Source: Propionivibrio sp.
GTDB lineage: Bacteria > Pseudomonadota > Gammaproteobacteria > Burkholderiales > Rhodocyclaceae
Assembly (NCBI RefSeq): GCF_047602565.1
Contig: NZ_JASGGX010000001.1
Location: forward strand, 4,667,257 to 4,731,256
Direction of reading: 5' to 3'
Length of the DNA: 64,000 nucleotides
Every line of letters starts with the position of its first letter. Positions within the stretch are counted from its first letter, which is position 1. The notes below the pieces were generated by a model, which saw only the letters and a list, made by a program, of their open reading frames with translations, was not told the DNA's origin and did not search any database. Below, one piece after another: positions 63,128 through 64,000 of the stretch. The translations under genes and the position numbers were made by a program.

Positions 63128-63747
63128 GCCGCCACCCTGAATTCGTCGAGCAGCGCCTGGTAGAGCGCCGCAGGCGTGCCGTTGCGCGGCGCGCTGTTGA
63201 GACCGTCGCGCAGCGCCACGGGCTTGCCGATGTTGCGCATGGCGAGCTCGCGCATGGCCTCGGCCTGGGCGCGCAGCAGCAGCAGGCCGCGGTCGCCGGC
63301 GTCGAGGGTGGTCTGCGCGGCCGCCTCGCCGATGAGGTGGCGGGCGAAGTAGTAGTAGCGGAAGGCGCTGCCCCAGGCGGCGATCTGTTCCCAGGTCGGC
63401 GCCGGGAAGAAGATCAGCCGCTGCACGCCGTCGATGAAGGCCACGGCGATCCGGGGCGCGGGGCCAGCGTAGTGCTTCTCCCACGGCTTGCCGGCGCGCG
63501 CGGGATCGATCCACAGGTCCGTCTTGTAGGCGTGGAAGTCGTCGGGCAGGGCGTAGTCGGCGGTGCCGGCGGCGAGCAGCACGCTGCCGATCAGCGTGCG
63601 CGGGCGCGGGCGGGCGAAGTCCAGCGCGGCGAGGTCGAGCAGCCGGGCGAAGTCCGCCCCGCCGGCGGCCGTGAACACCTCGGCGGCGTCGTGCAGCGAC
63701 GCCTTGAGGTCGGCCACCAGGTCGGCGCGGCTCATCGTCCCGGACAT
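63124..63747 (-). CDS. Phage head-completion/adaptor-like protein
   Basis: Intact 207-aa ORF in the virion operon. Confidence 0.6.
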   Translation of the reverse strand: MSGTMSRADLVADLKASLHDAAEVFTAAGGADFARLLDLAALDFARPRPRTLIGSVLLAAGTADYALPDDFHAYKTDLWIDPARAGKPWEKHYAGPAPRIAVAFIDGVQRLIFFPAPTWEQIAAWGSAFRYYYFARHLIGEAAAQTTLDAGDRGLLLLRAQAEAMRELAMRNIGKPVALRDGLNSAPRNGTPAALYQALLDEFRVAA

Positions 63748-63750
63748 GGC

Positions 63751-64000
63751 CTACTCCGCGGGGCCTTCGGGTTCGTCCGGCGGCGGCGCGGCCGGGTCCT
63801 GCGCAGCGGGATCGGCGGGGGCCGGCTCTGACGGCGGCGGTACGGCGGGGTCCTGCGCGGCATCCAGCTTCTTCGCGGCGCGGTCGAGCGTGACCGCGGC
63901 GATCTCGGCGAGCAGGGTCTTGCGCTTCTGCCCGGCTTCCTCGATGGCCTTGAGGCGCGCCAGGTCCTCGTCGGAGAGGTCGGCCAGGATCGGGATGATG
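63751..64000 (-). CDS. 3' end of a phage structural-operon protein with Pro/Ala-rich tail (partial)
   Basis: LADLSDEDLARLKAIEEAGQKRKTLL followed by a repeated AQDPA linker; TAG at 63751. Confidence 0.6.
   Translation of the reverse strand, partial: IIPILADLSDEDLARLKAIEEAGQKRKTLLAEIAAVTLDRAAKKLDAAQDPAVPPPSEPAPADPAAQDPAAPPPDEPEGPAE

Larger units (their letters stand above)
30568..64000. mobile_element. Temperate siphovirus-type prophage integrated at tRNA-Asn (right end beyond window)
   Basis: Integrase abutting the tRNA, followed by replication, regulation, tail, lysis and head-completion modules. Confidence 0.95.

Noticed and set aside
8691-63831. Many long antisense or alternative-frame ORFs (e.g. 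9856-11727, 17640-19877, 35696-37270, 40220-41698, 56444-58657)
   Set aside because: Shadow ORFs typical of high-GC coding DNA; Arg/Ala/Gly-rich with no family motifs.

Overview
GC-rich betaproteobacterial (Rhodocyclales-like) chromosome segment in three parts. (1) 1-8.4 kb: a patchy accessory region with an Nmad2/UDG-like remnant, a deletion-fused DJ-1 fragment, a small MerR regulon with two matching 19-bp-spacer promoters, a DsbA/FrnE-like protein and DUF72. (2) 8.5-30.6 kb: mostly housekeeping and signalling genes (PHP-UvrD, pqiAABC, REC-PAS-GGDEF-EAL, HDOD kinase, lysS, prfB with its +1 frameshift, rdgC, dnaQ, rnhA, gloB, AsmA-like) ending in tRNA-Asn(GTT). (3) About 30.6 kb to the window end: a siphovirus-type prophage inserted at tRNA-Asn. 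It carries a large serine integrase whose C-terminus is read antisense through the tRNA, two tyrosine recombinases, an iteron-like origin, a primase-helicase, a DNA-modification-like cluster, an RHH/HTH switch, and tail and lysis genes. The main finding is a complete diversity-generating retroelement (RT, Avd, 81-nt TR) with two tandem target genes whose variable repeats differ from the TR only at adenines. The targets lie in the early operon rather than the tail fibre, and both VRs are followed by the same 8-bp tandem repeat instead of a canonical GC hairpin. Protein family calls come from motif recognition only; no database searches were run.
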